Below, piece after piece: positions 50,659 through 64,000 of a stretch of DNA of 64,000 nucleotides; the first letter of the stretch is position 1, and each line of letters begins with the position of its first letter. This DNA is from Marsupella aquatica (Eukaryota; Plantae; Marchantiophyta), in assembly GCA_973895155.1 (NCBI GenBank), contig OZ316896.1, positions 1,240,001 through 1,304,000 on the forward strand, given 5' to 3'. Under the pieces are notes generated by a model, which had not been told where the DNA came from, made no database searches, and saw only the letters and a program-made list of their open reading frames with translations. The translations under genes were made by a program, and so were the position numbers.

Positions 50659-53600
50659 ATATTAATATCGGGTACTTCCAAGATTTTGCAGATTTGTTTT
50701 TAGATTTATTTCACTGCTCATATTATATGACGCTCCAATTTGGCTTTACACGTCATTGAGAAGTCATTGGTACAAAAACATCTCCAATCCTACATGTATT
50801 TCGAGCAATCTTCCATGGACTGAAGTGGGTCCCCCAAGGCGCTTGTATGGAGAGTGTAGCTATGGCCAAGTCAACCCCTTAAAATTGTTGCCAAAACTCT
50901 ATTAATTCTTTACTAACTACATGAGAAAAGAAAGTACCAACCTGGGTTTAACCAGCACATCGGTTTGTGGGTTTTCTCTTATCATAGATAACACCGGGGT
51001 GCCCAATCGAGATCCTGTCTGTAAATTATGTATAACTACCCAAATAATTGAAAAACACTAATGAAGTCCCAAAATTTTAACTAGCAGATGCAACAGCTCT
51101 ACAAGATTGCCCCATCGAAGAAAAAACTAAGGCACAAACCAGACAAAAGGAGGTTGCAAATACTGGTGTCAGTTCCTTCCAATGGACCAGGCAAAGCAGG
51201 TATGTTGCTCCATGCCCCACTCCCTCCTCGGGATTTTGGGGAAGTTAGGGTCCAGAATTCCAACTCGTAAGTAGATGTCTGTCATATCCTACACCACTGA
51301 AGTTCTTAAATATAAGCAGCTAGTGGTACGCATGCATCATATACACTTTCTTTGACCCTACTCTATCTTCGTCCAGGGAAATGAAAAACCCATGAGTTGT
51401 CTCCATCAACCCATGAATAAAACTTGAATAGAGGCGTGTGTACATGTGAGCTCATAGCCCTTGCCCTTCAGCTTATGTAACTCCATGAGAACTTGCGAAC
51501 ACCACGGCAAGGGTAATTCAAATTGATTTTCAACTAATTGTCTCATTCTTAGCAGCAAGAAGGGAATTTTTATAGGGGAAATAATAAAGGGTGACAAGGG
51601 CAGAAGGTATGTCCATCGGTAGCTCCATTCCTTGGGCCGTCAACATACGTAATATGGGACCCTCTGTGAAGGGTGCAAGCGCTTTTTTAATCCAACATTT
51701 TGAAAATTTTGTTATTAAAACTGAATACCCCTGTTATATGGCGTGTTGGGTTTATTGCCCCAAGTATGCGCTGGCAGGGACCGTAACACAAAAGTGCACA
51801 CTGTACTCTGGCAAATATTTTATAACATACCAAGACTGAATGTAAAATAAGAACTTGTGATCTGCTGGTGGTTTTGTGTACAGGCTAAAAGTAATATTTT
51901 TTAAATAACAGATGGCTTACAAAAAGTGCCCCAAACCCATTTAAGGTATTCTATTGACAAGTGGATATGTTTTTTGTTATTTTCCACACTGACAGTGAGG
52001 TCCCAGGGGTTCCATTACTATACACACACTGAGGGCCAAGACCTATAGTATGACCATGTATAAAGTTGTCCAAGTAAACTTCTCTTATATGTGCCAAGCT
52101 TGTTCCAATGCTTGCTATGCTTGCTATTCTCGTGCCTTCCAACATGCTACATCCATTCTCGCATTCTGTCTGAGACCCACTTTCAAGAACTCAAGTTCTT
52201 TAAATGGAATCATTTTCTGGGAGTTTTGTATCACCAAACTGGCCTTTCATGGCTCCCAGTCTCCACCCTGAGTATTGTTCTACTAGGAGCTATGTTGTAG
52301 TGCATTTAACATGCATGCAGGTACCCCTTTGTCAGGAGATCTGTCCAAAGCAGCTCATGAACTCCATGAACTCAGAGGTGTGCACAACAAGCTTCAACTT
52401 ACTCACTCTCTGGTACTTGGTGCAGGCTACAAGGATCTGTTTCGTCACATCATCTTGCTGCTGTGACTTGGTTTATAGTGTTACACAGAAAATATATTTG
52501 TGACTTGGTTTTATAGTGTTACGGAGAAAATATATTGGATGAATTATCAAGTCAAGTTTGCTCCATTTGTGGCTCCAGGCAAGTCCTGGTGGGTCCAAGC
52601 TCCTGGCTAGGAACCAACAGGTCTAGCTCTTAATCAAGTTTGGGGACTTTGCGAGAGTTTGGGTTTCAAAGCTTGGATTACAGTAAAGGGTTCACATGTC
52701 AAAGCTAATAAACCAACAACCCTCCCTTGCCTAGGCCGGTGGCCAACTAAATCTGCCACCATCCACTGGGCTGCCTGATTAGAATTCCAGAACAGACTAC
52801 GGTACTATCGTGACATGACTATGCACCAACATAAACTATGCGCTAAAGTGAATCAGCCGATGCAGGATAATCCTGTACTTTTGAACAGCGGGAAACCAAA
52901 AAGACCTTCAAAATGGAGACCATGAGTCTGGACCTTTTTCAACTCGAAAAACAACAATAATTTAAGTAGAAACATACAGCCCACCTGAGTTTGACACTTT
53001 TGAGTCAGTAGGAATGGTGGCAGTGCCCCTTGTGATAGTGAGGAGTTTTGCCAGCTCATGGAAGGATCAAAGTTTGTGGAAATTGGCCAGGCTTTTAAGG
53101 TGTGGACCTCAAAACCTGGCCCCATGTGACTATGACATTGCTGAAACTTAATTACCTTAGGCATCCATATTTATATCAAAGTGCAAAAGGACAGAAACGC
53201 CAAACTGCGAGCCATGGGCTAGCACAGAAAATTATCAAACTGACAGGATATTTCAGAGTGCTTGTGAAACCCTTTCCCCTTTTTTCCTCCCTTTCATTGG
53301 GTTGCTTTGCTTTTGGGATCTTGTCTCCCAGTTGCCGTTTTGCCCTTGGGCACTGTGTTATATACTTGTAAAACACACTTTAAGAATATTTCAGGCAGTT
53401 TGATGTAAGCCCTAACTTTTCAGTTTTACAATAAATTGTGTTGCGTTATTTCCAGGAATAAAAGATATTATATTTCACTCAGGTATAGTACAAACAGGAA
53501 AGGCACTATGGTATTATACTCACAGTTTGAGCTTGCAATCAGCGAGAAATTAAGTAACACAGTCTATTGGTGTACCCTATTGAGCAACATTATACAATTC

Positions 53601-55392
53601 TACACGACTAGCCCAAGTACTCCTGCATTATGAAGGAATGGTTCCCCCTCCTCACATTACCTTGTCACCTACTCAAAAGTATAGTCTAAATATCAGAAAG
53701 TCTATTCCCTACTCAAAAACAAAGTTTAAATGTCAAAAAGGCTATATCAATGATTACTATAGGTTATGAACGGCAGATTATCACAAATTATAATATAGAT
53801 AGGCATTAACTTAAACCCTGAGATTTCTTATTATAAGAATGGGAGTTGAAAAGAGCATACTCAAGTCACATCTCTTGAGCTTGAGCTTTTGCATCACTTG
53901 AGTGGGGTTTGGTGGGTTGTGATCATAAGATCTCATAACCATCCCTGACCAGACAATTTTGTTCCAGTTGTGCACCACTTAAAGGAGTAGTTGCCAAGTG
54001 ATTTGAAATATATAAATATGAAACTCCCTTTTCAAAAATCTTGAGGTTTTCTAATAAGTTATAAAAGTTGAAGGTTGGCAGGATTTTAAAAATTCATTCA
54101 TCACGTGACTCTTGAATAAAATCTAGTACCATTATGATGTCTTTTTCAACATTTCCCTAACAAAGAAAGGATGGCATGATCATAAGCCCCCCTTTTGTAT
54201 CGGATCTTATTGAATGGACTCTTTGAAGACCTTTTGAGCACCATCTGTCAGGATACTATCCTATGCTTGCTTCGTTTGGGTTAAGAGTGGTTACGTAGTG
54301 AGTAAGGGTGGTTACAACATATAAAACAGAAAAAATTCCTGGCAGGTGGCTCGATATATACTTAAGTGGAGGGAACACTATTGTATCATAAGATACTAGC
54401 TCAGTGCCTATGTGTGACATAGTTTTCATTGCGGCTGTGCCATTGTTACAGTGGTAGTGTGATTGTTGAAATCAACAGTACTTAATTTCAGTTGGGTTGT
54501 CATTGTGCCCAGGTGGTTGCATGTCGTGGTTGGGGTCATGCTTGGGACTTTAGTGCATCCTGTGAAATCCGGTAGGGAGAGTGGGGGCAAGAGATTGGAC
54601 CAAGGCTAATCAACATGTGGGGTAAGCTTGGGGAAGGATGCTCGGAAACTAAATTGAGAATTGTTGTGGCTACTTGGTCCTGTTTCCCTTTTTTCACTGT
54701 GTGTGCCTGTTTACCAATAGGATTGCTATGAAACCAGTCCCATTTGGACAACAACAAAAAAGAATTCTCCATTATAGCCTCCAGTATGTTTTCTTGTCTA
54801 CCTTCCCCCCTCCTTTGTCTCCCTTCCCCCTCCTTTGTCTCCGCGTATTTCCAAATTTTCAACTTCCCCCTTTTCTCCTTTTTCGTCTTCCTTCCCCGCT
54901 CTTTCCCTTCCCTTCCCTTCACTCCCTCCCCTCCTGCCCTTAATTTCCTCTCCATTCCCCAATCTCCAGTGCCACGCCCAATTTTATTGTGCCTCCCTCC
55001 CCACCCCAATTCTGTTGTGCTCGTTCATGCTGCCTGGACACCCGCCTGCAATGCGTAAAGGTCTGTCTCCTGCCCTGCACTCTGTGAGCCCTTTTTAAAT
55101 GATCCAATGATCAGGGAAATATGAGATAAATCAGACAGCCCAAAATTTATCTGGATTTTGTGTTCATAAACAGACCATACCCGCCCTCTTCACTCAATCA
55201 TCTAATTGTATAGGATAATGGAGGTCTGCGATTATTAGCCGGTAACACTTTGACCAGAAAGTGGAGAAAAAAAGAAGGTAAGTTTTCTGAGCTTTCTTGG
55301 AGGAGTATCCATACCAGAGCTTTTTTATGGCATATAATTTTTGCATGGAAAAGGGTTACTTTAGAGAAACCGATTATGGGAATAGCAGATGC

Positions 55393-55520
55393 CTTCCAAA
55401 ATGGTTGCATGCAAGTAATCTGCACTCCATGCAGAATTTTCGTTCATGGATTACGGTTCCCAAAATGGTTGCATGCAAGTATCCTGCATTCCACAGAGAA
55501 TTTAAGTTCATGGATTATGG
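55393..55520. repeat. ~64-bp tandem duplication
   Basis: CCAAAATGGTTGCATGCAAGTA..CTGCA.TCCA...AGAATTT..GTTCATGGATTA.GG occurs twice. Confidence 0.85.
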
Positions 55521-57485
55521 TGATGGAAAACATGTCACCATAATCGTATGGCCAGAGAAGAGTGACATAGATAACAATATTATAGTGTTTAGAGCTGGAT
55601 TGAAAAAGCTATTTCCATGTCGCATCCATTTCGCACTCTTTGCTATCGCTTTGGACCCCCGATTGCGTTCGACATTGAACCGAGCCTTAACTTATCTTCC
55701 CACCGTCCTGTTGGACCTGTTTGGATAGATTGACAAAATCCTAGCTCACCGGGAGGTTGACCAACAAATAGCCACCAATGACCAATCTCACGAGCCATTT
55801 GCAAACCATCAGGAATGGCCCGGAAGAAACGGAAGAGGACCGTCGCGTGTGCACCCTTCTTTCGAGAAAAAGGTGAAAGGAAAAGAAAGAATGTTGGCTG
55901 CCTGGCCCCGCAACATTTCATTCACAGCACATCAGCCATGGATGGCCCTACACAGCAGTCATGGACTACTGGACGTAATCGAGGGAATCAAGCAAGCGAG
56001 GCAGAGATCGGCGCCACCGGCATACGTGAATTGACTGCAGAGATCAGAGCACAACCGAACATTTATTAAATTGTTTTCGAAACACCGGTAGGCAGTGTCC
56101 GTGCAGACCAGGCCCGCAGAGAACGAAGGGAATGTACTGTACTGCCAGGATAACACACAGAGGCGGTGGCAGACTCGCGAAAAAGCAAAGCTGATTGCCG
56201 CACAATCTCACAACTCACAGCACTGGAAAAGATGCGGCCCCATTTACCCACCCACAGGCGCAGCAGTACTGCGGGCGGGCGGACCGGCGGACGCTCTGGA
56301 GCCTGGCGAACCATGGGAATCAAAGCAAATACAAACAAAGCGAAAGCCACAGCAATGCAAAGTAAGCAGAGGGAAGATTGGAAGAAGAAGACCGCGCCAG
56401 TAAAAAATTAAACAAAACGTCAATGTCGTCCATTCGCTTACGATAAAGTTGGCGATTCATTTGGTTCTTTCGAGGCAAAAAAAAGTTGGCGCTCATTCGT
56501 ATTCATTGCCACGCTTTTGGGACTGCCGTCTGCGTCTCTTGCAGCACAGACCTCGGTCTCTCACGTGAACGCAGCAGCCCAGCGTCACGGATGGAATTAT
56601 GGAATTCGGTGAGAAGCAAGAAAGCAGCCGATTCTTTAGATTTCATAGAGATGGAATCCATTATGGTCCGCAGCTTGACTTGACAAGGCGGATCGCAATA
56701 CATGGCATTGCAACTGAGCAGCGCAGGTGTCGAACCGCCAATAACTGGGTTGATCTCTCGTCAGCGAGCACGCCCCGGCTGTAGCGAGGTGGCCGAGTGC
56801 TGACGGATACGGGTGACTCGAAAATACCTTTTTGCGATCGTAATCCGTAGTCCCTTGCGCCATGCGAACTGACCTGATTCGCAAGCCAGTCAGACAAGGA
56901 GTATTCCGTTCACGCTGCCTTCACGTGGCTCCGAAGCTGGGTAAGCACTTGGGAGATACCCAGAGCTCATGCTGCGATTCGACGGCAATATGATTCCCGA
57001 GAGCATTAAGTATTGTCAACTGACTGCACATGCAGCGTTGCCGTTGGCTGCCGGCATCCCCGGCTGCAGCCCGAGAAGCGGTTCCGCTGTTTGTGGATCG
57101 TGTCGTGCAATTGGGAACACCATTTGTGCTCGCTCTCGCTCTCGTTTTGACGAGTAACATCAAGAAAAGAGTCAAGGCCCTCTCGAGTGCAAATTCGGAA
57201 GGGAGCACGAAAGTCCCTCAACAGCGCGTTCAGACGGGAAAAGTGCGTTCCATTCTCGTCGCTTCCGCAGGAATCTGATGCAAGCTTGGCATGAACACAA
57301 GCGTCGAAATTTCTGGCTGTCAGGAATCTGATGAAAACCTTGGAATGAACAGACGAACACAGGAATCTCTCAAGCAACTCTCGATTGTGCAGTCATTCCA
57401 ACATTTGAAATCCTAATCAGATACTGAGGGTGGCTGTGCAACTAGAGGGACACTTCCTTTGCTACAGTAGATTCCAGACCAAAAA

Positions 57486-57630
57486 CTCTTTAGAAAAATC
57501 CTTAGAAAGCTGACCTATCCACCAGAGGATGGACTACTCTTTAGAAAAATACTAAGAAATCTCTTTAGAAAAATACTAAGAAAGGTGACACATCCAAAAT
57601 ACTAAGAAAGCTGACCCATCCACTAGAGGT
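57486..57630. repeat. Local complex tandem repeat
   Basis: CTCTTTAGAAAAAT occurs three times and AGAAAGCTGACC.ATCCAC.AGAGG twice. Confidence 0.75.
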
Positions 57631-57959
57631 GAGACGACCAACTGAGGAGCATGCACTAGAGATGCCCACAAGCTCGGGGGCCTCAATCCAAAGTGGGTTT
57701 CATATCACGCACTAAGTTTTGGGGAAATAAACACCTTAAAGTTTAAGTCAAGTAAGTTTTTTTAGTAATTCTTTTATCCCTAACTTAATGGAATATTTTT
57801 AAAGTATTCTCAAATTTGGTTTTAAAAACACTATGATTGTTATAAGTCTCAAAAGTAGATTAAGATAACCTTAATGTTCTTCAACAAAAATTTAAATATA
57901 TTTCACTAAACCCAATTAAAACATCTTATACTTATTTGTGCGTGATGGGTCGGAAGAAA

Positions 57960-58202
57960 AGAAGGGAGAACCCCGGGCCGACAAGGAGGGTCATACCCAG
58001 GACAAGGAGGGAGAGAGGTTTGGGACCAGAGCCTGAAGCAACCAGCTGCTGAAGAGAAACCAATACTCCCATGAAGAGAAACCAATATTCCCACCACTAC
58101 GCCACACACACACTCACCCTCCACAACCCTTGCATGTGGAAGGGGGATTGAACCTGGGGCCTATCTCTTCTAGGCTCATCATCTGGCCAACTGACCACAG
58201 CC
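57960..58202 (-). mobile_element. Diverged tRNA-derived SINE related to 17574-17864
   Basis: Minus strand GGCTGTGGTCAGTTGGCCAG...AGGCCCCAGGTTCAATCCCCCTTCCACA...TGTGGAGG...TGTGTGTGG matches the head of the 17.6-kb element. The 3' end is uncertain. Confidence 0.5.
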
Positions 58203-61200
58203 ACTTTAGTCAAGTTCTCGGGTATTTTGCAAGTTCTTTGTTTTTGTCTTTCTTCCTTTACTGTTGTAGGGGTTTCTTGGTTTGTTGGAACTCTTTGGTC
58301 TACTTGCCGCCCCCCCCCCCCTATAAGGCTGCTTTGCCATTGGGACCCTGTCTCCAGGTTTGGCCTTTTTTTTGCCTCAAAAAAACTCAATGGATTTCAT
58401 TCAAAAAGACAGCATATAACATGTTTAGACTTTTTGCCCTTTGGCACTATGATATATACTAAGGAGCCAAAGTTTGAAAATGCTTGGACCAAGGGCCTCA
58501 AGTGGTCCCAAATTCTGGACAAAATAAGAACTCCCATCATCTTCTACTTGGGTCCCCTGCTTGCCAAGATGGGTATACCTAAATGAGCCCAGAGATTTTG
58601 TGAAACCAACTAAAACCAGATCCAGATCGAACCTAATCTCCTAGGGAATGAAAAGAAGCCTTCTCACGTCCACTATGCATGCAAAGTTCTCATGCAAAAT
58701 GGTAGTCACCAAAGTACACAAGAAATCTGGACCAAGATTCTAGTAAGAAACTTCTTGTGAACATCCCTGGCTGCCATAGGCAGCACATGTACTCATCATG
58801 TCCTCGATCATCTTTAATGCCTTGATCAAAAAGTCAGGAGAAACTTTAGCACAAGCACCATAATCCAAAAAGGCAAAATTCTTTTTGGGTCCTGCACATA
58901 CCAAGATTACACCAGTACAACTAGTAACTCACATCCCTGCCAATATCTCAATCCCATGTCGTGTCCATCCCCATTTCGTATAGAACATCCCATGAGGTGT
59001 CCATCCACATTTGATATAGGACAGTGATCTAAAAGCTTTTTAGATGGGAAGCTAGGTTTGGGGTCACTTTGCTTCTAGTTTGCATTGCAAATGTTCAGAG
59101 GATGGGGGTCACTTCATGAGTCCTGGTTTGTACCGACCCAGTGACAATTTCTTCTCAAAATTCCAGTCCTGTTGTTGTGTCACGTCAGTGATTTCCACCA
59201 CAAGCAGAAATGACAATGTTTGATAAACAAAGATGATTGTATGTGTTTGTTGCAACGCCAGCAAAAATGGGTAGACCCAGGCATGATCAATACAAGCTCA
59301 AGACAAAAGTCATGCTAAACAACAAATATTAAGGGCAAACTAAAAAGTAGCCAATGAAATTGTCTTGTTTACTTTTTAACATGTAGAAAAACATTTCTTT
59401 ATATTTAATGTGTTTACTTTAAATCAGCAATTTATGAGTAACTCCAGTGGTTAGATTTAAGTGACGCGTTTGATCCATCATTGGCTAACAAAAAGTATGT
59501 GGACAACGATCACAAGAAAGGTGCATATTGTTGGATTTTTGAGATCAATAAATGAGATCAGCTATTGATAATTAACAATGATAATGTGCACTTTAAACTG
59601 ACTATACTTTAAGTTAGTCAGTTATTCTTTGGGGTTTCATGATGTTGTTTTTGTGCTAGTAGGGTACATCCACATACTAAGATGCATCAAACAAATTTAG
59701 CCATTATTTAGTCATCTCAAATCTGTTTGGGTTGAGATTTTTTATGCTCCTGCCTAGCTTGGGTGCCTACTTAACTACTGAAAAAATGAGTGTCCCACAA
59801 ATTTATGATTACCCTTGTCAAACCAAAAGAGATGAAGGGAATTCAAAGAAGAAGAAAAAATGGGTTAGAATTTGGGATGAACAGAAAGAAAGAAAATGGG
59901 TGGGAGATTGGGGTGGGCAAGGAGGGCAAACTAACTCTGGGTTGCAAATTTCTGTTTAATTGAGCTTGGTTTAGAGTTAGTCCATAATTATTGAAAGTTG
60001 TTATATTCATTGACTGGGCATTGAGTCAATGGACTGCAGTCTAGTAGTGAGACACTACAGGTGGTAGGTTTTGTTACATGAATTGCATAGAAAATCCAGC
60101 AATGGGTGCCCAGCACTAGAAAATACAAAAGCGGGAACCATTCTTTCAATCTTAATGTGTCACATTATTATAAGGTTTGGAAGGGATATGTATTGTACTC
60201 CTTTGGGCACCTTGTTGGTAGTCAAAGCATCATCCCACCCTTCCAACCCTCAAAAACAAAATGATTGGGCCTCCCCCAAAAGCTAAAGTTAGTGATTTCC
60301 TTTCCGTATTTTGTGAGCCAGTAAACTGGTGAATGCCTCAAGGGACGAGGGAAAATATGTGGGACCTACCACCTCCTTATATATATTTTTAAAGATATGG
60401 AATCCCTTAGATTGTCCCTGATCTTAAGGATTGCCATTGGATCTTCAAAGATCTGGCAAATCCAACTACAGCTACAGATTTTGGCAACTCTGCTTACTAT
60501 TTGTTCCCTGATATTTCTTTATCTCATTAGTAGGGGCGGTGAAAAAAGGCCCTTGTTGTTCGTATGTGGGTGCTACAGCGGGTTCTATAGTTGGGATATC
60601 AAATTTTGTGAAATTATTCCATCTTTTACTATGCATTTTCTCTGTTTTTCCATTCTACCAATTCAAAAAATACATATTTACAGAAAGATAAATCTCGAGA
60701 TAAATGCATTTTACACCCATTTAAAAAACCTCTCACTCAACTTAAAAAATAATCTTTTGGTTTATTGATTCATTCAAAAGTGTATTATAGACGATTGATT
60801 TTCCTTCTATCTGTTTTTCCATTTTCATTTTGAGTTTCAACAACAATTTTCATTCACTCTATGTAAAATAAGTAACTGGTTTGCACCGGAAATGTTAAGA
60901 AACACTATGGATGAATGTGGCATGGGAGTTGAAGAGTCTTAAATGGAAAGAAGAGTCATGACTCTTTACTTGACCAATGAAAAATAGTTGTTAATTTTGG
61001 AGCAAAAAATAAGTTTTTAATGGTCGGCCTGTTGCTCTTGGGAATTTTGCCAGGAGCTGGAGAAGGGAACATTTTTGCATTGTTTGGCCAACTATAAAGT
61101 CTCTGCTAACAACAGTTTACTACCACAGACACTGTCGTCCTGGCTTGTGCAGAAAATAAATGAAAATTGAAATTTTTGACCTCAGTGACCAACTTTAGAG

Positions 61201-62099
61201 TGCTTGAAAAACCTCAAAATAACTTTACAGCATTTGAAGCAACATAAGTAAAAGGTCCACAGACTCATTAATTTGTTTTGTGAGAAAGGCCACAGTTCAC
61301 CAAATCAGTTCCAAGTCACTGGCGTCAAAACTGGGTCCTATAGATAACCCAGCAAAGTGATTCCTAAGAAAGCAATGCCAATGACAGAAAGGAGATTGGA
61401 TCACACATTTAGGAACACTCAGGAGTTTTAGGCAAAATTTAGCAGGGCTGGCCCTCACTTTTGTAGGCGAAAGTGGTTCTTGAGTCTGTATCCTGGTTCA
61501 TAAGTGTAGGACCTGGGATTTCCAGCAAGATTACTTGGGCTAGAGCATATCCAGCAGTGGGCTCAAATGAGCCTGGAACTTCGCAAAAGAGTGTATAGAG
61601 GTTAATTTGTAACTGTCTATTAAAAAGAGAATATGGGGGCTGATGTTGGAGGGATGGCTTCACAGCCCTGGCCCCTCTCCCACAATAAATGGCATCCAAC
61701 CTCCATTTTCACAACCTCAATCACCCTATTTGGTAAAAGTGGCACACTTTTGATAAAGTGCCCATGTTATGGCTATGGTACCATTTCTAAAGCTTTTCCC
61801 CTCTTCCTGAGAACTAAATATGAAAAAGAATGTTCTGTACGTCTGAGTTGTCCCAAAGCAACCTGGATAGAGTCACCTACACAGAAAACATCTATGAATG
61901 TGTAAAACAATTCTCTAGAGTATTATTTCCAGTCATTTATATATTTCCTAAGATTCTCCATATTGCAGAAGTGCATTGGTCGTTTTTTTCTCAAACAGAA
62001 TCACCATCAGCAATATATTCCTGGATATTTCTGAGAATTGTCTTAGGAAGGCAGACCACCATTGGAGAATCTCTAACAAAAGGAGAGACCTGACATCAA

Positions 62100-62101
<2 letters not shown>

Positions 62102-62146
<45 letters not shown>
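62102..62146. repeat. (CT)n microsatellite, about 22 units
   Basis: Directly visible. Confidence 0.97.
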
Positions 62147-62148
<2 letters not shown>

Positions 62149-62868
62149 TTGTTAACCCAATATGTTAGTTGGATGTTGCACATGTGCACGTTGTTCTTGA
62201 GTATCAATTTGTTCGGGCTTGTTCATACTCAAATTATTGTTTGAGCTGAAAGCAGTTTTCATCTTTTCAAAGTTTCAGTGACTTTGGCTCCCAAGGACAT
62301 TATATGTCAAATGTTGTTTTTTGTGTTGGAGATATTCACTTTTAAAATGGTGAAGTGTTTTGTAATGGCAACTTTCAAGACTTAAATGTTACTAGGTTGA
62401 GAAAGTCTACAAATCTGGAATGCAATGTTGTGTCCCATTTTGGAATCTTTTGAGGAATTGTACTTTCGAGTAGAATTGTGATTTACCCCATGTTTTGCAA
62501 AGTTCAAAACACAGTTTATTGTTTTGTCTATCATAGTGCTAACTTTCATTCTTCAAAACCAGAGTTTTTGAATATTGGCACCATTCAATGACTTCATTAT
62601 GCACACTTATATTGAAGCCGGTCAATGAGGGGAGGCTAAGTTGCCTGATCTCAGTATTGTCAAGATATGGGTACATTGCACAAATCAAAGATGTCACATA
62701 TCCTAGATCAGCTACCATACATGCTAGGCACGTAATTAAACTATTTGAAGTTCTGCCCTTTTGGTGTTTTCACACCACTAGTTGAAGAAATGATTTTGCA
62801 AATGTCTGACTATCAAATTCAAAAGACGTTCCTCGTGCCCACATTTTATTTTTTGTTAGTTGGAAACT

Positions 62869-62957
62869 CTGGGCTGTTACTTGGGTGTAATGTTAATAAA
62901 TGGAATGTTAGTTGGAAACCCTGGGCCGTTACTTGGGTGTAATATTAATAAATGGAA
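62869..62957. repeat. ~52-bp period tandem duplication
   Basis: CTGGGC.GTTACTTGGGTGTAAT.TTAATAAATGGAA occurs twice. Confidence 0.85.
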
Positions 62958-63060
62958 CTCACCCTGGAATGGGATCATTTAAAGTCCACAAGAGCTGGCT
63001 GCATCTGGATGGATTGCACGAGATAGTCCAAGACATTCTTCCGCTCCAGTACACTTAAAA

Positions 63061-63160
63061 CGACAAGCAAAACTTGTATGGGACACAATCTTCAATTTGA
63101 TTCTAAGAGTCGACAAGCAAAACTTGTATAGGACACAATCTTCAATTGATTCTAAGAGTC
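63061..63160. repeat. 50-bp tandem duplication
   Basis: CGACAAGCAAAACTTGTAT.GGACACAATCTTCAATT(T)GATTCTAAGAGT occurs twice. Confidence 0.9.
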
Positions 63161-64000
63161 TCATTTATTGTCCATGATAGAACACTGACCATTATACCCA
63201 ATCATTTGGTGTCCACAACAAATTATGCAGAACCTGAATTCATATCACGACAGGACTATTATGAAAAGTATACAAGAATATGTGACTCGGTACAAATCAT
63301 TCCTAATGGTCTGAAAGTGACTTCCTCATCAGTAGCGAAACCGACACTTGTCGTAAACCAAACGCCTCTCATTTGGGAATGTTTCTCCACCCGTCAGTAT
63401 TGAAACCCTCAATTTCTTCCTGGGATGGCAGCCCATGAAAAAACAAGACTCCACACGAGGAAAACACGAAAGGCTACTCCAAACTATGACAGATTTCATT
63501 TGATTTTCTACTAAATGAATCTAAGTTCCATTTTGAGTCAAATTGACACGTACCCTCAATCAACGATTATGCATAAACTGGTAAATGAATTACGACCTCC
63601 CAGATGCTCTCTAGACACTGGTTTCAAGGCATAAGAGGAGTAAGCTTGGCAGATGTAAACCGTCTATCTAGAATATGAGAGACATGAATGTGCGCTGCGA
63701 GAGTACAACTTGGTCCTTCAGCATTCATTTTGCTGAAAGATCTGAATATTAAGATCATTTTGAAATATACAAGACTGATTTATCGACTGCTAGTAGAGCT
63801 TTGAATTCCATTTCCTTGTGATTTGCTCTAATAAAGAATTGTATGAGCCACTAGAAAGCAGCTATGTCTTTAATAATATGGGATTCAAGATCCCAAAAGC
63901 CTTGGTTGCTATCGAGCCTGACTGGCAATCATGTTTTGACGGGTGCAAAGTAAAGAAAAGGACACCTGGAGGTCTTGTGTGTAATTTTCCCGCGCACTCT

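Noticed and set aside
54536-55098. Overlapping ORFs in a CT-rich tract (similarly 42259-42651)
   Set aside because: Purine/pyrimidine-biased low complexity explains the lack of stops.
56400-57380. GC-richer block with many short ORFs
   Set aside because: No frame is continuous and no family is recognisable; it may be a pseudogene but I cannot support that.
61440-63420. Coding-like fragments (VFCVGDSIQ, NTDGWRN) on the minus strand
   Set aside because: Isolated motif resemblances to a helicase or hAT transposase with stops around them; insufficient evidence.

Overview
This is eukaryotic, repeat-dominated DNA, most likely from a land plant. That is inferred from Tnt1-like Ty1/copia proteins, tRNA-iMet primer-binding sites and TTTAGGG motifs; a non-seed plant such as a bryophyte is plausible but not proven. 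I recognise no intact host gene. The window holds a decayed Sola-like DDE transposase (1-1807) and a full-length but inactivated Ty1/copia element (18838-25680, minus, 344-bp LTRs, CATAG TSD) inserted into a related solo LTR. It also has a 5'-truncated copy and another solo LTR of that group, a degenerate MULE transposase, a duplicated Mutator-like non-autonomous element with a nested MITE, two tRNA-derived SINE-like elements and many short tandem duplications. Two features stand out. One is a 330-bp TRIM whose LTRs each carry a tRNA-like sequence (30551-30880). The other is an unexplained same-orientation cluster of five paralogous imperfect stem-loops with compensatory base changes (35150-39670), a candidate MIRNA or structured-RNA cluster. 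All alignments and foldings were done by eye.
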